Part shown: positions 62,479 to 64,000 of the stretch, piece after piece
Numbering within the stretch: the stretch's first letter is position 1
Layout: each line of letters starts with the position of its first letter
Assembly: GCA_963762565.1 (NCBI GenBank)
Contig: CAVXLD010000005.1
Coordinates: forward strand, 548,338-612,337
Reading direction: 5' to 3'
DNA length: 64,000 bases
DNA from: an uncultured Verrucomicrobiae bacterium
GTDB lineage: Bacteria > Verrucomicrobiota > Verrucomicrobiia > Chthoniobacterales > JAFAMB01
The notes under the pieces: generated by a model
Database searches by the model: none
What the model was told of the DNA's origin: nothing
What the model saw: the letters and a program-made list of their open reading frames with translations, nothing else
Made by a program: the position numbers and the translations under genes

Positions 62479-63966
62479 TTAATCGTGCACGTCGGGAGTG
62501 GTCGGAGCAGAGATTAACGGTACCGGAGCCATCTTCCCCGCCGAGATCAAGGGAAACTCGATACGGAAGAGAGCGGCCAGCATCGCAATCGAGTTGTCGC
62601 TCCATAGTCCGCCGTGTTCCCAAATTATCTCTTTTGGCACGCGCACGATCCAACAAGGCACCCGAGCATTGCCGGTATAGACAATTCGCCAACGTCGCCA
62701 GAGTTCTGGCCCCGTGGATGCAAGGGCTTGATCCGGATTATACTCACCGTTTTTGCAGAGACGATTTTCGCGACCGTCGTTATGCTCGCTGGTATAAAAA
62801 GAATAGTCTGGATGATTCTGTAAGAGATTGGCCTCGAATGCCCTGTTCTCTGCCGCCTTTAGACCAGGGGGCGGACTGGCTTCTCCAAGCGGAACTACTT
62901 TATAATTGACCAGATAGCGGTTGTTACCCGGTGTGTGGGTATAAAATTCCTGTTCAGACACTTTTTCTCCATGGTGGCCGGGCACCGATACTTTTTGCCA
63001 GTGAAACTGCAGAGCTATCTTATTATAAAATCCGGTGCCGATGGGAAAAAATGTCCCGGTTGCTGAATCGTTTTCGGATTGAAAGAACACCAGAAACGGC
63101 CGGTTTTCAGGCACGGGCGTGGCGTTTCCGGCACCTGGGGTGCGGCTGACGTAAGCATGGCGGGCTGGGTCATACCTGTAAAGGTAGTCTAGTTGTTTCA
63201 TCAACTGTCGCGTACTGATGGAACTGTCGGCCGAATTAAAGGTCACCGCCATGTCCCATGGATTAACAACGCGAGCGCCGGTACCGGTAGCGTCAAGAAT
63301 GGAATGCGTGATCGTATTTCCAAGTATCAACCCACCAAAGGAATGACCGATTAGGATGCAACTATGTACTTTCTTGCTTGGATCCCGAGCTGCCAACGCG
63401 AGCTCGTCGAGCGTTGCCAGGCAGGTGACCTGAGATGCGATCTCTGCAGCCGTGGCCTTGCGGCTATAGAATGTCAGTAAGTTCAGGCCAGGGAATGTGA
63501 GGTCACGGCCGTGCCAAGCCATATAAACACCAATCACATTCACTTTTCCGCCGGTGCCCTGGGGAAACCTTGATATCGTATCGAGGAAGTGCTCGAAGCG
63601 GCAGACGTCACCCGACTCGGCATTATTTTGCCAGCCGTGAATGTAAACGAAAAGCACTGGACGTTCCGCTTGGTGAATCAATTCGAGAGCGGTCTTTATT
63701 TGTGTATTATCTAAAGCTGAGCCTTGATCACCGAATTCAATAAAAGCCAATTTATAGCGTCCGTCCTTCGGTCCTCGGACTGAGTTAAATGGGTTCCCGG
63801 CAGTATCCGCGTGAAATGGGCCGAACGAAGCGCAACTTGCCAGCAGGATCGCGAAGGCGGGTGTAACAAAGAGCAGAAAAAAGGTAATCGACCATCGATC
63901 GGTCCAGCTTACACGGTTTTGCTTCGTCCGTGCGATGTTCCGAACTGTTGGCAAACTTGCTAGCAT
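62479..63966 (-). CDS. alpha/beta hydrolase-like putative lipoprotein
   Basis: LLASC, YIHGWQNNA, GHSFG nucleophile motif. Confidence 0.7.
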   Translation of the reverse strand: MLASLPTVRNIARTKQNRVSWTDRWSITFFLLFVTPAFAILLASCASFGPFHADTAGNPFNSVRGPKDGRYKLAFIEFGDQGSALDNTQIKTALELIHQAERPVLFVYIHGWQNNAESGDVCRFEHFLDTISRFPQGTGGKVNVIGVYMAWHGRDLTFPGLNLLTFYSRKATAAEIASQVTCLATLDELALAARDPSKKVHSCILIGHSFGGLILGNTITHSILDATGTGARVVNPWDMAVTFNSADSSISTRQLMKQLDYLYRYDPARHAYVSRTPGAGNATPVPENRPFLVFFQSENDSATGTFFPIGTGFYNKIALQFHWQKVSVPGHHGEKVSEQEFYTHTPGNNRYLVNYKVVPLGEASPPPGLKAAENRAFEANLLQNHPDYSFYTSEHNDGRENRLCKNGEYNPDQALASTGPELWRRWRIVYTGNARVPCWIVRVPKEIIWEHGGLWSDNSIAMLAALFRIEFPLISAGKMAPVPLISAPTTPDVHD

Positions 63967-64000
63967 GACTTCTCCGGAGAATATCAGTTTCTGTCGCCGA

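Overview
A bacterial accessory region. Gene style suggests a soil Verrucomicrobiota (Chthoniobacterales-like) genome, which is inference only. The layout is: 0.6-13.6 kb, a redox/stress enzyme cluster with two sensor kinases and two response regulators; 13.8-21 kb, a small defence islet (XRE-ImmA pair, AbiE-type toxin-antitoxin, hsdR relic) bounded by tRNA-half att sites next to a tyrosine integrase; 21.9-49.4 kb, a large combinatorial class II lanthipeptide locus; 49.7-64 kb, fumC, a ThrE exporter and an MBOAT/AlgJ/SGNH O-acetylation cluster. The lanthipeptide locus is the highlight. It encodes a LytTR regulator, an NHLM-type export set (HlyD, C39-peptidase ABC, second ABC, TolC), 19 Nif11-leader precursors plus at least 6 relics, one NHLP-leader peptide and one LanM with the ProcM-type CCG zinc motif. 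Most cores share an S-x7-C-x6-S-x8/9-C register. Most precursors sit behind their own copy of a 150-200 bp cassette containing a 22-bp-period LytTR-like direct repeat, and the 5' part of that cassette is a fossil of the NHLP gene end. Many scattered single-base frameshifts look like assembly errors.
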